A stretch of 62,253 nucleotides of DNA, counting the filler, from Chiloscyllium plagiosum (taxonomy: Eukaryota): the NCBI RefSeq assembly GCF_004010195.1. It is 3 parts of one record of this genome, joined end to end, with 100 filler letters (N's around TTAATTAATTAA, not from the genome) between each part and the next. Parts side by side here need not be neighbours in the genome. Positions count along the whole stretch, not along the records: positions 1 to 24,911 come from NC_057717.1; 2 more parts are not named here. One strand, written 5' to 3'. How positions within the stretch are numbered: position 1 is the stretch's first letter; every line of letters starts with the position of its first letter. Below are positions 12,465-24,708 of this stretch, piece after piece. The notes beneath the pieces are model-generated. The model saw only the letters and a list, made by a program, of their open reading frames with translations, did not search any database and was not told the origin of the DNA. Position numbers and translations under genes: made by a program.

Positions 12465-14828
12465 TCGATGGGGCATGGGCAATTATAATGCGATGAGGCA
12501 AACTTAAGATGCATAGAATAGGGTAGAAAAATGCGAGGGATGCAGACAATGGAAATGTGGAGCTGATTTAAGGAACAGATATTGCGTTTCCTTGATAGGC
12601 ATATCTCGGTCAGGCAGGGAAGAATTGAAAAGGTAAGGGAACCATGGAATACTACAGAAATTGCACCTCTTGTTAATAAGAAGATTGAGGCTCATGTGAT
12701 GAGAGACAAGGTGGTTCAGATGATGCGATGGAGTGTTACCGATTAGCTAGGAAGGATTTAAAGAGATTTTACAGAAGACGAGCAGTCTTCAGCAAATAGA
12801 ATAAAGGAGAAACCTAAAGCCTTCTGTAGGTATGTGAGGATTAAAATGATGACTTGGGTAGGAATAGGGCCAGTCAAAGACAGAAGTGGGATGTTGATTG
12901 GGGACCCTGTGAAGTTGGGAGAAGTACTAAACTAACATTTCCCATCAGTTTCCACTCAGGTAAAGGAGAATAATGTCGGGAAGAAGAATGAAATAAGCGA
13001 TATTAGAATAGAAAGAATCGATGTTAGTTATGAAGAGGTGTGATCAATTCCAGAAGGAGTGAAAGTAGACTAGTCCCCTGTGCTGGTTATGCTTTGTCCG
13101 AGGATTCTCTGGAAACATAGGGAGGAGATAGCAGAGCATTTGGCTTTTATATTTGAGTCGTCATTGTCTACAGGTTTAGTATTAGAGGACTAGAGGATCG
13201 CAAACGTTGTGCCCTTGTTCCAGAAGGACAGCAGAGATGGCCAAGGTAATTATATATCAGTGACCCATATTTCTGATGTAGGAAAGGTTTTGGAAAGGAT
13301 TATAAAAGGTAAGATGTATAATCATCTGGAAAGCAATAATTTGATTTCAGATAGTCAACATGGTTTCGCCAAGAGTAGGCAATGTCTCACAAACCTCATT
13401 GAGTTTTTTTTTGATAATGTGACCAAGCATGGAGATGAGGGTCGAGCAGTTGACGTGGTATACATGGATTTCAGACAATCCTCTGTTCAGGTTCCATGTG
13501 ATAGGCTGTTTGAGAAAATGCAGAGGCATGGGATTGAGGGTGATTTAGCCATTTGGATTAGAAACTGGCTTCCTGAAAGAAGGCAGCGAGTGGTAATTGA
13601 TGGAAAATATACAACCTGGAGTCCAGTTACTGGTGCTGTGTCACAAGGATCTGTTCTAGTGCCACTGCTGTTTGTTATTTCTATACATAACTTAAACGCA
13701 TCATAGGTGTATGTATGAGTCAATTTGCAGATGACACTGAAGTCGGTGGAGTAGTGGACAGTTACAGGTTGCAGGGCGACTTGGATGGGCTGCAGAATTG
13801 GGTTGAGAGGTGGCAAATGGCGTTCGATGCAGCTGAATGTGAGGTGATGCACTTTGGGAAGAATAAGAGGAAGGCAGAGTATTGGGTCAATGGAAAGATT
13901 GTTGGTAGTGTGGATGTGAAGAGGGATATTGCAGTCCATGTGCATAGATCCTTGAAAGTTGCCACCCAGGTTGAGAGTGCTGTTAAGAAGGCATGCAGTG
14001 TATTAGGTTTCATTTGTAGAGGCAGTGAGTTCCGGAGCCGCAATATCATGCTGCAAATACACAATACGCTAGTGCGGATGTATGTCGGGAAGAATGTGAA
14101 AGCATTGGAAAAAAGTGCAGAAGAGATTTAGATTAGATTCCCTACAGTGTGGAAATAGACCCTTAGGTCCAACAAGTCCACATCGACCCTCCCAACATAA
14201 ACCCACCCAGACCCATTCTCCTATATTTACCCCAGCTAATGCAACTGGCAATACGGGCAATTGAGCATTGCGAATTCACCTGAATTGCATATTTTGGGAC
14301 TGTGGGAGGAAACCGGAGCAAACCCACGCAGACACAGAAAGAATATGCAAACTCCACACGGACAGTTGCCCGAGTCTGGAATTGTAACCGGGTCCCTGGC
14401 ACTATGAGGCATCAGTGCTAACCAGTGAGCCAGCATGATGCCTGGTCTGGAGGGAAGGCCTAATGTGTAAAGGCTGAGAAACTTGGGTCTGTTCTCATCG
14501 GAAAGAAAAAGGCTCAGAGGGGATTTGATAGAGACATACAAGATGATCAGAGAATTAGATAAGTAGACATGAAAGTCATTTTCCTAGGATGATGACGTCA
14601 GTTTGTATGAAGGTATATAAATACAAATTGAGATGTGATAGATTTGAGACAGATGTCAGAGGCAGGTTCTTTACTGAGACAGTGGTAAGGGCGCGGGATC
14701 ACCTGCCTGTCAGTGCAGTTAACTCAGCCACAATAGAGAGATCGAAACAATCCTTGGAGAAGCACATGGGTGATGATAGTTTCTTGTAAGGGGATGAGCT
14801 GAGAATAGTTCAAAGGTCGGTGCAACAT
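12465..14828 (+). mobile_element. CR1-like LINE, degraded, interrupted by a SINE
   Basis: ORFs 13209-13706 and 13715-14131 (SQHGF, VDVVYMDF, FADDT). Confidence 0.92.
14128..14438 (-). mobile_element. tRNA-derived V-SINE (HE1-like)
   Basis: Minus strand has a tRNA-like head (A/B-box remnants), the V-SINE core (plus strand aaacccacgcagacac..aaactccacac) and a CR1-type tail ending in AATCT repeats. Confidence 0.88.
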
Positions 14829-15619
14829 TTATATCGGGGGGATACAAGATTACCAAGGTGAATAACCAGCAAAGATAATTAGCGTCACTGCTTTAATTCA
14901 ATACGTCACACTTTGTGAAGCAATGCCTTTCACTGGCAACTTGAACACATTCGTCTTCACGTGCCTCCTTCAGTGTTGCCTGCATGTCTGCTGGACGTTT
15001 CCATTGCTGTATTCACAGTCACTACGCAATTACATGATCCACTCCAGTGAAATGTACTTTCATAATCTGAGTCATGGCCTCTTCCTTTCAAGACCCTAAA
15101 CAAGTGCGGCGAGAAAACTCTGGTCATTTCTAGCCCGGGATCTGGAATCAGACAAGTATCACGACACCTTTATTGGTGCTGCCAGCTCACCGGATACCAG
15201 CGCATCAAAATAAGGCCCTGTGACCACCAGCCTGTTCTGTGCCTTCCTGCAGTACATCTGCTGAACAGCATCATATTATCACAGCTCCTCTTTCTTCATA
15301 TTGAAATCCAGTGCGATAATATGAACTTTTACGAAACTTTTAGTGAGCAACTTTGCAGCTGAAGTTTGTTATGGAGTCAACGACAGACACAAGAGTGTCT
15401 ACAAGTCAGGTTTTAATTTTACAGTCATCATCACAGGAGGTCCCTGTTTCGGAGTCCGAGTTTGCATCGCACATACCTGGATATAATTCCCACTCAGGTA
15501 ATGAAGATTTATTTCTCTTTTTGTAAATTATTAGAATGAAAACAAATCTTGCTTGCATACAGAGCACACACCCAGATCCTGCCAGAATCGGTCAGTAATT
15601 GCTTCTATCCGTATTTTAC

Positions 15620-15850
15620 GACAAAGGCAGCAGATACACGGGAGACGACCACCGTAAATGCCCCTTCAATCATATCATCTTTTCGAGTTGGATGTATCTC
15701 GCTGATCCTTCAGTGTCGCTGAGTGTAAATCCTGGAAATACCCCACGAGCTGCATGTCTGTGCTGAGGCGTTGAAAGCTTCAGGAAAGTAATTCATCCCC
15801 TCCATCACTGTGGTAATTCTGGATATGCAGTGAATCCTTTCCCATTGACT
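15620..15850 (+). mobile_element. Highly degraded 3' tail of an L2/CR1-group LINE
   Basis: From memory, resembles a common shark LINE 3' end (ccttcagtgtcgctg..aaatcctggaa). Not verified. Confidence 0.45.
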
Positions 15851-16770
15851 ATACTCCATGAATCCGTTTCGAAAATTTAAAGGTTCCTATCAGACATCTG
15901 TAATCGTTTGAAATAAGTTGAGACGTGGACGAAGACAGTGAAATAAAGAGATAGACAATGATGCCTGGGAGACATAAGGCAGGAAGTCAGCGCGGAACTG
16001 ATGGTGCAAAACTCAATGTCGGTGCCATTGGGTCAGCTTTTACTGCCCAATGCTTATACTTACTTACACATTACAGCTAGTCAATTCACCGCAATGACCT
16101 TGTTCCTCTTGATGTGATGTCCCCTCTGTGTGTATTAACGTGGTTCATGGGCCCCGATAGAATGAGCACATCCTCTTTCTCCTGTCACTTTAACCAGGTG
16201 AAAATACCAGTTTTAAATGAATGCAAGAAGAGATTATGCTTTTCTGTGCCTTTGCAGTGGATAATTTTCANNNNNNNNNNNNNNNNNNNNNNNNNNNNNN
16301 NNNNNNNNNNNNNNNNNNNNNNNNNNNNNNNNNNNNNNNNNNNNNNNNNNNNNNNNNNNNNNNNNNNNNNNNNNNNNNNNNNNNNNNNNNNNNNNNNNNN
16401 NNNNNNNNNNNNNNNNNNNNNNNNNNNNNNNNNNNNNNNNNNNNNNNNNNNNNNNNNNNNNNNNNNNNNNNNNNNNNNNNNNNNNNNNNNNNNNNNNNNN
16501 NNNNNNNNNNNNNNNNNNNNNNNNNNNNNNNNNNNNNNNNNNNNNNNNNNNNNNNNNNNNNNNNNNNNNNNNNNNNNNNNNNNNNNNNNNNNNNNNNNNN
16601 NNNNNNNNNNNNNNNNNNNNNNNNNNNNNNNNNNNNNNNNNNNNNNNNNNNNNNNNNNNNNNNNNNNNNNNNNNNNNNNNNNNNNNNNNNNNNNNNNNNN
16701 NNNNNNNNNNNNNNNNNNNNNNNNNNNNNNNNNNNNNNNNNNNNNNNNNNNNNNNNNNNNNNNNNNNNNN

Positions 16771-17153
16771 GGTATCAATGTGGACTTCACCAGTTTCCTC
16801 ATTTCCCCTCCCCCTACCTTACCCCAGCTCCAACCTTCCAGCTCAGCACCATCCTCATGAACTGTCCGACCTGCCAATCTTTCTTCTCACCTATCCGCTC
16901 GACTCTCCTCTCTGACCTGTCTCCTTCAATCCCATCCCCATCCACCTATCATACACTTGGCTACCTTCTCGCCAGCCCCAAACGCCCCCTTGCATTTATC
17001 TCTTCACCCCGGAGGCTCCATGCCTTCATTCCTGACAAAGTTATTTTGCCCGAAACGTCGATTTTCCTCCTCCTCGAATGCTGCCTGACATGGTGCGCTT
17101 TCCGAGCACCACTCTCATCTATACTCTGATCTCCAGCATCTGCAGTCCTCACT
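16771..17153 (+). mobile_element. Penelope-like element (Neptune-type) 3' end, copy 1, within the ERV 5' LTR
   Basis: Reverse complement of ~52460-52842. C-rich pseudo-LTR with a degenerate hammerhead (ctgacaaag..cgaaacgtc, 17032-17059). Runs into a gap. Confidence 0.85.
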
Positions 17154-17190
17154 TAGATCTAGACAGGCTGCCATATTTATCCAAAACATT

Positions 17191-17205
17191 TGGCGTAGTC
17201 GGTAG
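17191..17205 (+). promoter_or_regulatory. Primer-binding site, tRNA-Ser
   Basis: TGGCGTAGTCGGTAG two bases after the LTR-terminal CA; 14/15 complementary to the 3' end of vertebrate tRNA-Ser(AGA/TGA) (..CTGCCGACTACGCCA). Confidence 0.8.
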
Positions 17206-17898
17206 CCCCTTTCCTCTCAACAGGTTAAGTGAAAATGACATTTTAAAGTTATCCCAATTCACACCTGGCGGCTAGCTCTGCTACAGCGGGTCAGACCGAG
17301 TGAAAGGTTGGATGACTCAGGAAGTTAGCCACAATTCAAATCCAACAACTGCAACAATTTAGCTTTCAGCAACCACTGACTTGTTCTGAGGAGGGAGTCG
17401 GTTAAGGTCTTAAATTGATCAACTAAATTTTAACTAATTTGGCAGACGCGTGATCCAACCTGAGCCAGGGCTTGTGCCAACAAGCTGATCCAGCCAGGAG
17501 AAACACGGTCAGCCAACGGAAGTCTGGCAAGATAGAAGGCGAGATTGCGGATTAAAATTTTGCTTTAATACTGAGAGATCCTCAGCTTGAATTGAAATTG
17601 GCAGGGGACCTATCTGTTTACTGTTTTCTATTCTGTGGTTTCTGAGTGTTTGTTTTGTGTGAGTCTGTTTGCTTTGCTGTTACTCAGTGCTTGCCTTGTG
17701 AATTTCAGGTGTCTTGTCCGAATCCATCTGTAAAATGTTTGCTTACGTTGTGTTCAGTGAGGACATGCTCGATTATCCTTTATTGCTTAACGTGTCAATC
17801 ACTCGCTGCTTGTGTGTTCAATGAGCCCTCTCTCTGTTCTTTTTTCCTCGAAAGCCAAAAACAACACTTAGCACTCAACCCAGGACGACCAAGACGCC

Positions 17899-19357
17899 AT
17901 GGTGCGCACATATCCACCCTCTGCCGGAAGGTGCCAGCTGCGGGAGCTGTGTGACCCCAAACACGTGATGAGACCGGCCTGGTCCGAAGATGAGCAAGAA
18001 GATGCAAAGAAGCCATGGTAACTGCGTGAATTTCAAGACGAAGGTTGGAGTTGCTCTTGTTACACCTGCTTCACCGGTAGAAACCATGCTAAAAGAGACA
18101 GATGACAGGCATTATGTATCCCCTGCACAGGAAACCTTTACACCTGGTCCCAAGGGAATTGTCCATGTGGATGAACCTTTAAATTGGATACGATTGATTA
18201 CTGGGTCATGACCAATACGGGATGGCTCGGGGAGCCCTCCAGGACACGCTGTATATGCTGCAGTGTCTTGAAAGTTTTGGGGAAAATGCCAAACAGCATC
18301 AGCCTACGAAGGAAAAAGACCGCCGCAATATTGGAGATCCCAATATCATTGGACACGGCCCCACGCCGTTTCTCCAAAACGTCCCCTAACAGCTGCACAG
18401 CAAGACCCACTGTCAATGAAGTGGGGAGGGATATTTCTCAATTACCAGCAGGCGCCACTTGGTCCGAACCATCATAGCTGCCCAGCACGAATGGTAGCCC
18501 CAAACTCAGAACAAAGCGTGGAAGCTGCCCAGAAAATCCAGGGCACCGGCTGCCAGTTTACACGTATCATGATTGGCTCTACTCCCCTCGATTAGACCTG
18601 GGCTCATGCAGTGGGGACCCATGCATGCTGCAAGACCCGTTGAAGCACCCACTGCCAGTCTACAATTATCTATTCCAAATTTGAACCATTGACAACTGTC
18701 TGCCCAAAATGTGCAGATCCTATTGCAGCTCGCGTAAGGAAGCCACTGGACGACAATTCGCCGTGCTATTGAAATTCCCACACAACCCAGGGACACCACT
18801 GCTGACCGGGAGAAATGGCTGGCCAGCCCCGTACAAAAAGATGCAATGAAGGCCAGGGCAAGACAGCAAGCCGACTTTGGTGCTGTAACGACGAAAGCAG
18901 ACGAGCACTTGCCCGATTTCATTGCCTGCTTTATTGAGGTGTGGAACTCCTTGGCGGGCATTCCATTCACAGAAAATGAAAAGATGGCTGTGCAGATCCT
19001 CTTGAACTGCGTGCTCCATACATATGTTCTGCATAATCTCATTTGGCATACCTTGGAATCTCTTTGACCATACTAAGTAAGTTGGACAGTAAAGGGCTGT
19101 TGACAATGCCAAATCAGACGCAGGCATTCTCTGAAATGCACAACTGGACTGCTGTAAATACACCGCAAGGCCAGTACAGAGACCTGAAGGATTACATGAA
19201 GGACGGTGCTGGAAATATGGTAATCGGCACACTAAACAAAACACTGCTGGTCAACGCACAGGCAGGGGCGCCCAGGCTCCTCCATCCTCCCCCACCCCCT
19301 ACAGCAGGCCACCACACCACAGTAGTAACTTTGGCAAACTGCCTAAACCATGAATGA
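17899..19357 (+). pseudogene. gag: ERV gag (frameshifted)
   Basis: gccATGG start (MG in copy 2), MHR-like ADFGAVTTKADEHLPDFIACFIEVW, proline-rich C-terminus, position between PBS and protease. Confidence 0.7.
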
Positions 19358-19389
19358 TCCCTTCCCCCATGTCCCAGAAACAAATTTGT

Positions 19390-22255
19390 GCTGCAGCGCG
19401 AGGGAGTTTTGCAATTGGTCGCGATACACTTCTCCAACTCCCCGTTGAAAAATCCTATGATGGATGTGGAGGTTTGGGGACATATCATTTCTTTTCTGGT
19501 GGACTCTGGGGCCACCAACTGGCCTGAATCTCCCTCTGCAGAATTTTTCGCGAGTTACAAAACTGTACACAACTAAGTGGTTTCTGGAGTGCCCAGAATG
19601 GGGCTACTCTCCCAAATAATTTACTTCAGTATTCGACCTTCCACTGTCCCTGATGCTCCCATTAGTTTAATCTCTAGCCCAGCCGTCCTTCAGTGCCGGC
19701 CAGACCTTGTATAAATTGATTGCCAGCATCATTTCGGCCTCATGATAATACTTTTACCACAGTGACTCCTTCACTTCACGTCCCTCAGATCCGCCCCCGT
19801 TGCCCTGTTAGGGGTTGTACAACTTGGGCAGATTGTGTTTTGTGTGCGCTATGCTCCTGCAACACTCCAGCCCGCTTTTAACACGCAAATTCTGGGATCT
19901 ACTCTCCTACGAAGATCTCTGTTGCTAGCTGATCCTCCCACGTCACTGTAGGCACAGCACCCCCACCATGCAGGCCAGGTGAGTTCCTCCCACTACACCC
20001 TGCCACGCTCCAGCAGGGCGCCATCTTGCCGTTTATATGGCAATACCATCTGATGCAAGCCGGTGAGTGACTCCATCTTACAACAGTGTGCCCCAGTTGC
20101 TACAACAAGTTCCTGTAATGCACCCATCCATCACATCCAAAACCCAAGTGGTCAGAAAAGTGTGGTTTTGTCCAGGATCTGAGGGCTGTAAATGCAATTG
20201 TTCGCCATTTCTCCCCAGTGGTCTTGGACAGTAACGGGATACTCACAAGCACCCTGCTTCCGCCAACTAGTTTTTCTGTAATCGATCTCTGCTCATGCTT
20301 TTTCTCCATTAAATTGTCCCCGAGAGCCGGTACCTTTTCACTTTTATATACGATGGCTGTCCCAGTGTTCCACAGAGAGAACCGTAGTCTATGTCGTTAC
20401 AGTATATCATATCATCTTCACTCTATACCTGCCGTGCAGCAGCACCCTCCCCGAATATGTGGACCATTTGTTACTGGCCTCCACCTGCGCTGAAAGATGC
20501 ATGCAGGACACTGTAGCGTTGCGCTGCTGTCGAACAAAAGATGGATACAGGGCTTCAATGGAAAAAAAAAGATGCAACTCTGCCAGTATAAAATAGGGTA
20601 CTTGGGATACCAACTCTTATCTGGCCTCAGAGCACGAACGAGAGCGAGAATCGTAGCCGATGCCTAAGGAGGAACACGCATTCGTCGAAATTAAACAGCG
20701 ACTACTCTCTGCTCCTGTCCTGCAGGTCCCAAACTATACTGAGCCGTTCTACCTCCAAGTTAATGAGTCCGACGGGTTTGCAATCAGCTTTTTAACGCTT
20801 GTTAAATAGCTGGAGATCTCCGGCGCCCTATTGCCTTTAACCCTGGCCACGTGCCGCCTGTTCTAAGAGGAATGTTGGCATATTTGAGAGCTGTCCCAAC
20901 AGCTGTTGTAACAATAGAAAAGGCCACCCCTTATCGTACTGTATCACCCATGCACTGTTTTGGTTTCCCATTTGGTATCCCTGTTTTCAATTCAGCAGCA
21001 ACACTGCATTTCACTGCCATTCGGAGAACTGGCTATGAGCTCGCTTGAATCTCCAAAGCTAACCTTTCCCTACAGGATATTCTTGCCTTGGACCCGGCCA
21101 CGCTACTCCCACTCAGTCAGAACGCCACTGCGGACGACCATGACTGATCCGACACCGTGCAACAGATCGTCACCCCGCGCCCTGACCTCTCTGATACAAC
21201 GTTGGACAATGCTGACCTCATGCCCTTTGCGATGGGTCCTACTTCAGGCACTCGGTCCACCGCACACGGGCAGGGTATGCCGCCTGCACCTCTTTCACTA
21301 TCCTGGAATACGCTGCATTACCAAATGGCACAGCTGCACAGCCTGCAAAACTGTTCATGCAAACTCGGGTTTGCATCATAGCAAAAGGTTGCACAACCAA
21401 CATTGACACTGACTCCAATTATGCCTGTGGTTTCCTTCACGACTTTGGTACACTCTATGCCTGTGGTTTCCTTCACGACTTTGGTACACTCTTAAACAGA
21501 GATGGCTAATCACTTCAGCAGGGAGGCCACTGTAACACGCTGCGCTAATCTCCAACCTCCTCGAAACAGTCATGTTACCCTTAGCCCCAGCGATTTCAAC
21601 ATGTGCTGCTTATATCACTGCTACTGTCCCTGTCACCGTCGGGAATGCCTCAGCAGACACAGCAGCCCGGAAAGCTGCACTGCACTCCACTACTTACGTG
21701 CTATAGGCCTCCAGAATAACGAAGGCGTCTGCATTCCCTGATCCCAAGGAAGCAGTGCGAACTGACGAACAGGCTGCTCTACCGCAGAAACAGGACAGTT
21801 GGGTCAGAATTGGGGCAGTCTCATTCCCTACAGCTGCTTGGACACCCCGAAGACCATTACATTTGTCGAAGAGCCCACCTGCATATACTCGTCCTAGCAG
21901 ACCACAGCGCTGGACACGCAGACAAGAGGGGCATGTTACACGCTGTCACACAATCCTGGTATGCACTGGTATTTGCTGCCCCTGCATAAGCCTTGCTGTC
22001 ACAGTGCCTCATATGCCTGCACAACAATGCATAAAAGCCTGTTGCCAGGTGTGACTGCCAGTTACTTGGGGACTTTTAGCCACTTGTAGATTGACTTTGC
22101 TCACATGCTCCCAAAACAGGGTTACAAATACATCTTTGTCATCATCGACATGTTCTCTAAACGGTAGGAAGCGTTTCCACAAGAAAGAATGATGCATACA
22201 CAGTGGTAAAATGCCTCCTGAGGGATGTCGTCCCCATATTCGCGATCCCCGGTAA
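19390..22255 (+). pseudogene. pol: ERV pro-pol (protease, RT, RNase H, N-half of integrase), disrupted
   Basis: FLVDSGAT (~19492), QDLRAVN (~20173), YVDH (~20456), PRPDLSDT (~21174), TDSNYA (~21408), IDFAHMLPKQGYKYIFVIIDMFSK (~22090). Confidence 0.92.
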
Positions 22256-23330
22256 CACACAACAGCCCAGCCTGCTGGTGATCTGCGGGGACCAACTGGA
22301 CAAATTTACAGGGTGGTTTTACACGGCCGACAACGTCTCTGATGAATCCCCAGTCCTAACCATTGCTGACACCACCGAACAATAGACACGTACAGGATCC
22401 ATCTATTTATAAAGCACACATCCATCTGGATGGGAGGCTGACTGGAGTCGGTACACTCACTCCCTTCCTCTAACTCACTCAGCATGACGATACGCAGCAA
22501 AAGGCAGCATAATAAACCGACAGGTCCTCAAAAGGATCACCCAGAATACCACCTTCCTCACCATCTGGACAGGATCCTGACCCGCAATGGCACCTGTTTT
22601 ATCCGTGACCACAATGCCTACCTCTGTCTGTCGCTGTCCTGGGGTGGCAGTTGGTATGTAAGCTGCGTGATACCATTCATCTATCACTCCCAGTCCCGTA
22701 CCTTCCCAAAGCCCCTTCCTGTTGCAAACGAGCCCTTGATGCTCTTTGATGCAGCTCTCTAAGTGAAGACATCTCTCATGCAACCGTGCGGTTGCACATG
22801 CAAGTCCACAGACTCACCACCATAATAGAGGAGTTGGTGAATTCCATAGCTGAGGTGCTCACCCAGCTGAATGCGGTGGATATTCCCATTCGCACTGTGG
22901 CCCTGAAAAATAGGATGGCCTTAGACTCCCTGCTCGCTGCAAAAGGGGGCACATGCGCCCTCATTGTTGCTGACTGCTACACTTAAAGCTCTGATCGCCG
23001 CGAGGATATCACGGACCTGGCCCAGCATATCCAGCAGATGCCTTCTCTCAAGCATGAGCAGGAATACCACTGGGAGTTATAGGACTGGGCAGCCGCCTGG
23101 CTGGACTCATGGGGTACATCCCTGCTACACGGACTGATTGCCATCCTTGCTATCATTGCCCGGAGTGTATCACTGACCATGGCCATCCGACTCTGCTGTT
23201 CACCCCTGTGTGTCATACTACTGCCCTCTGCCCCCGTCACCAATCAGCTAGTACAGAACAAATGGGGGATCATCCGTCCCCCAAGAAAACCTCTGCTGAG
23301 TTGTGCTCAGACACCGAGAGCGATGTCTAT
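22256..23330 (+). pseudogene. env: ERV env (C-terminal SU and TM), disrupted
   Basis: SU NGTCFI..AYLCLSLSWGGS, decayed furin site xxKR/AL, ISD LKNRMALDSLLAAKGG, CALIVADCY (CX6CC in copy 2), hydrophobic anchor. Confidence 0.92.
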
Positions 23331-23408
23331 AATAACGAACAATCCCCTTCCCCACGCGACAATCCCCTGGAACTGGCTACGTTGCCCCCTATTCATTCCG
23401 TCCCATAC

Positions 23409-23419
23409 AAAAGGGGGAA
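23409..23419 (+). promoter_or_regulatory. Polypurine tract of ERV copy 1
   Basis: AAAAGGGGGAA immediately before the LTR. Confidence 0.85.
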
Positions 23420-23420
23420 T

Positions 23421-24121
23421 CATGGCGAAAAAGTCTGGTACCCTGCCTACCCACAGCATGGCGACACAAAACACAGAAAATCAAGCATGGCCCAACCATG
23501 ATATAAACTCCCGGAATGCCTCAGCATTGACAAAGCAGGCTGACACGGCAAACCAGACATGTCCATAGTCACTCTCAGTCCAACGAATTCACTTCTAAAG
23601 AGAACCTAACAATAATCTTCTTGGAATCGATCACACAGCTGTCTCAAAGCCTTAAGGGCAGGCTCATAACCAAGTGATACGAAAGCCACACAAAGGATTG
23701 GCACCAGATTACCTTGCTCACAGGAGAGAAGCAATTAAACACCTTATTGCTTTAAAAGGGATATTCTCATCTACCCTCGAATAGCACTGAGATCTCCTGA
23801 TCCCGTTAAGAACTGATTGATGCTGCCAGGATGCTGCATTATATCTATATTCAAGATATTCTGATAACTGTTTTGCGACTACCACTAATTGGATTCCTTG
23901 ATTATCAAGACCATTGTATTTTCCCTATTTTAATTAGCATCATTGAACAGCTTGATTCTCAGCTCTTGGAAGGGTGTTTCGTTAGCATGAACAGACTGTC
24001 TGCGCTGTTTCAGCTCACTTATTCTCTTTTCCACGATATCACTGTGTTAATAAACGGTTTGTTATTTTTTCTTTGCTCTGTGTTTTGTGATCTCTGCTTT
24101 ATTGGGCTAATTTCACCGACA
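23421..24121 (+). repeat. ERV 3' LTR, copy 1 (~700 bp)
   Basis: Follows the PPT, has AATAAA at 24049-24054, ends AATTTCACCGACA exactly where Gypsy RT sequence begins. Confidence 0.85.
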
Positions 24122-24708
24122 GTTAAGTTTAACTGCCTTCCAAAGTCGTTCGAACATGTCTGATAAATGCTGTCGATGCTCCTTCCACAACTGAGTAAAA
24201 AAAAAAAACAGGTCATCAATATACACCACACAGTTGGGTAATCTGCCAATGACCTTATTAGCCAGTCTCTCAAATGTGGCTGGAGTGTTTCTCTTAATAA
24301 ATGGCATGACTCAACTGAAAAAGTCCATATAGTGATCCGATAGTCAAAATTTCCTTTGGTATCTCTAACAGAGATATTTGCCAGTATCCTCTAAGCAAAT
24401 CCAACTGAGAAATGTAAGTTGCTTGTTAAAAGTTTTCGATACGATCCTCCTACCATGGAATTATATTGGCATCAGTCTTTGTTTTTACTTTGCGATATCT
24501 CACACATAACCCTCAGATACGATCTGGCTTCGCTACCATGACGATGTGTGAGCTCAAGTCACTGTACCTCACTTCCAGTATGCATCTTGGAGCATGTGCT
24601 CTATCTCCTTCTGAAGATGTACCAAATTTAGAGGGTTATGTCGATAAGGATGTTGCTTAATTGGAAAAGCATCCCATACATGCACAACATGCACAATTAG
24701 CTTAATAT
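24122..24708 (-). mobile_element. Gypsy A copy 1, RT segment (reversed relative to 1-4090)
   Basis: ORF 24113-24307 NTPATFERL..VVYIDD. Reverse complement of ~44487-45075. Confidence 0.9.

Larger units (their letters stand above)
17155..24121 (+). mobile_element. Endogenous retrovirus (class I, gamma/epsilon-like), copy 1, defective
   Basis: U5 end ..AACA, PBS, gag, protease FLVDSGAT, RT FVQDLRAVN / VIDLCSCFFSI / YVDH, RNase H TDSNY, integrase, env TM, PPT and 3' LTR in canonical order. Confidence 0.93.

Noticed and set aside
16114..17129. Long ORFs of 230-302 aa (also 1145-1501)
   Set aside because: They are open only because they run through N gaps.
22484..23330. Domesticated env (syncytin-like)
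   Set aside because: The 5' part is deleted, both copies have stops and frameshifts, and the furin site is lost.
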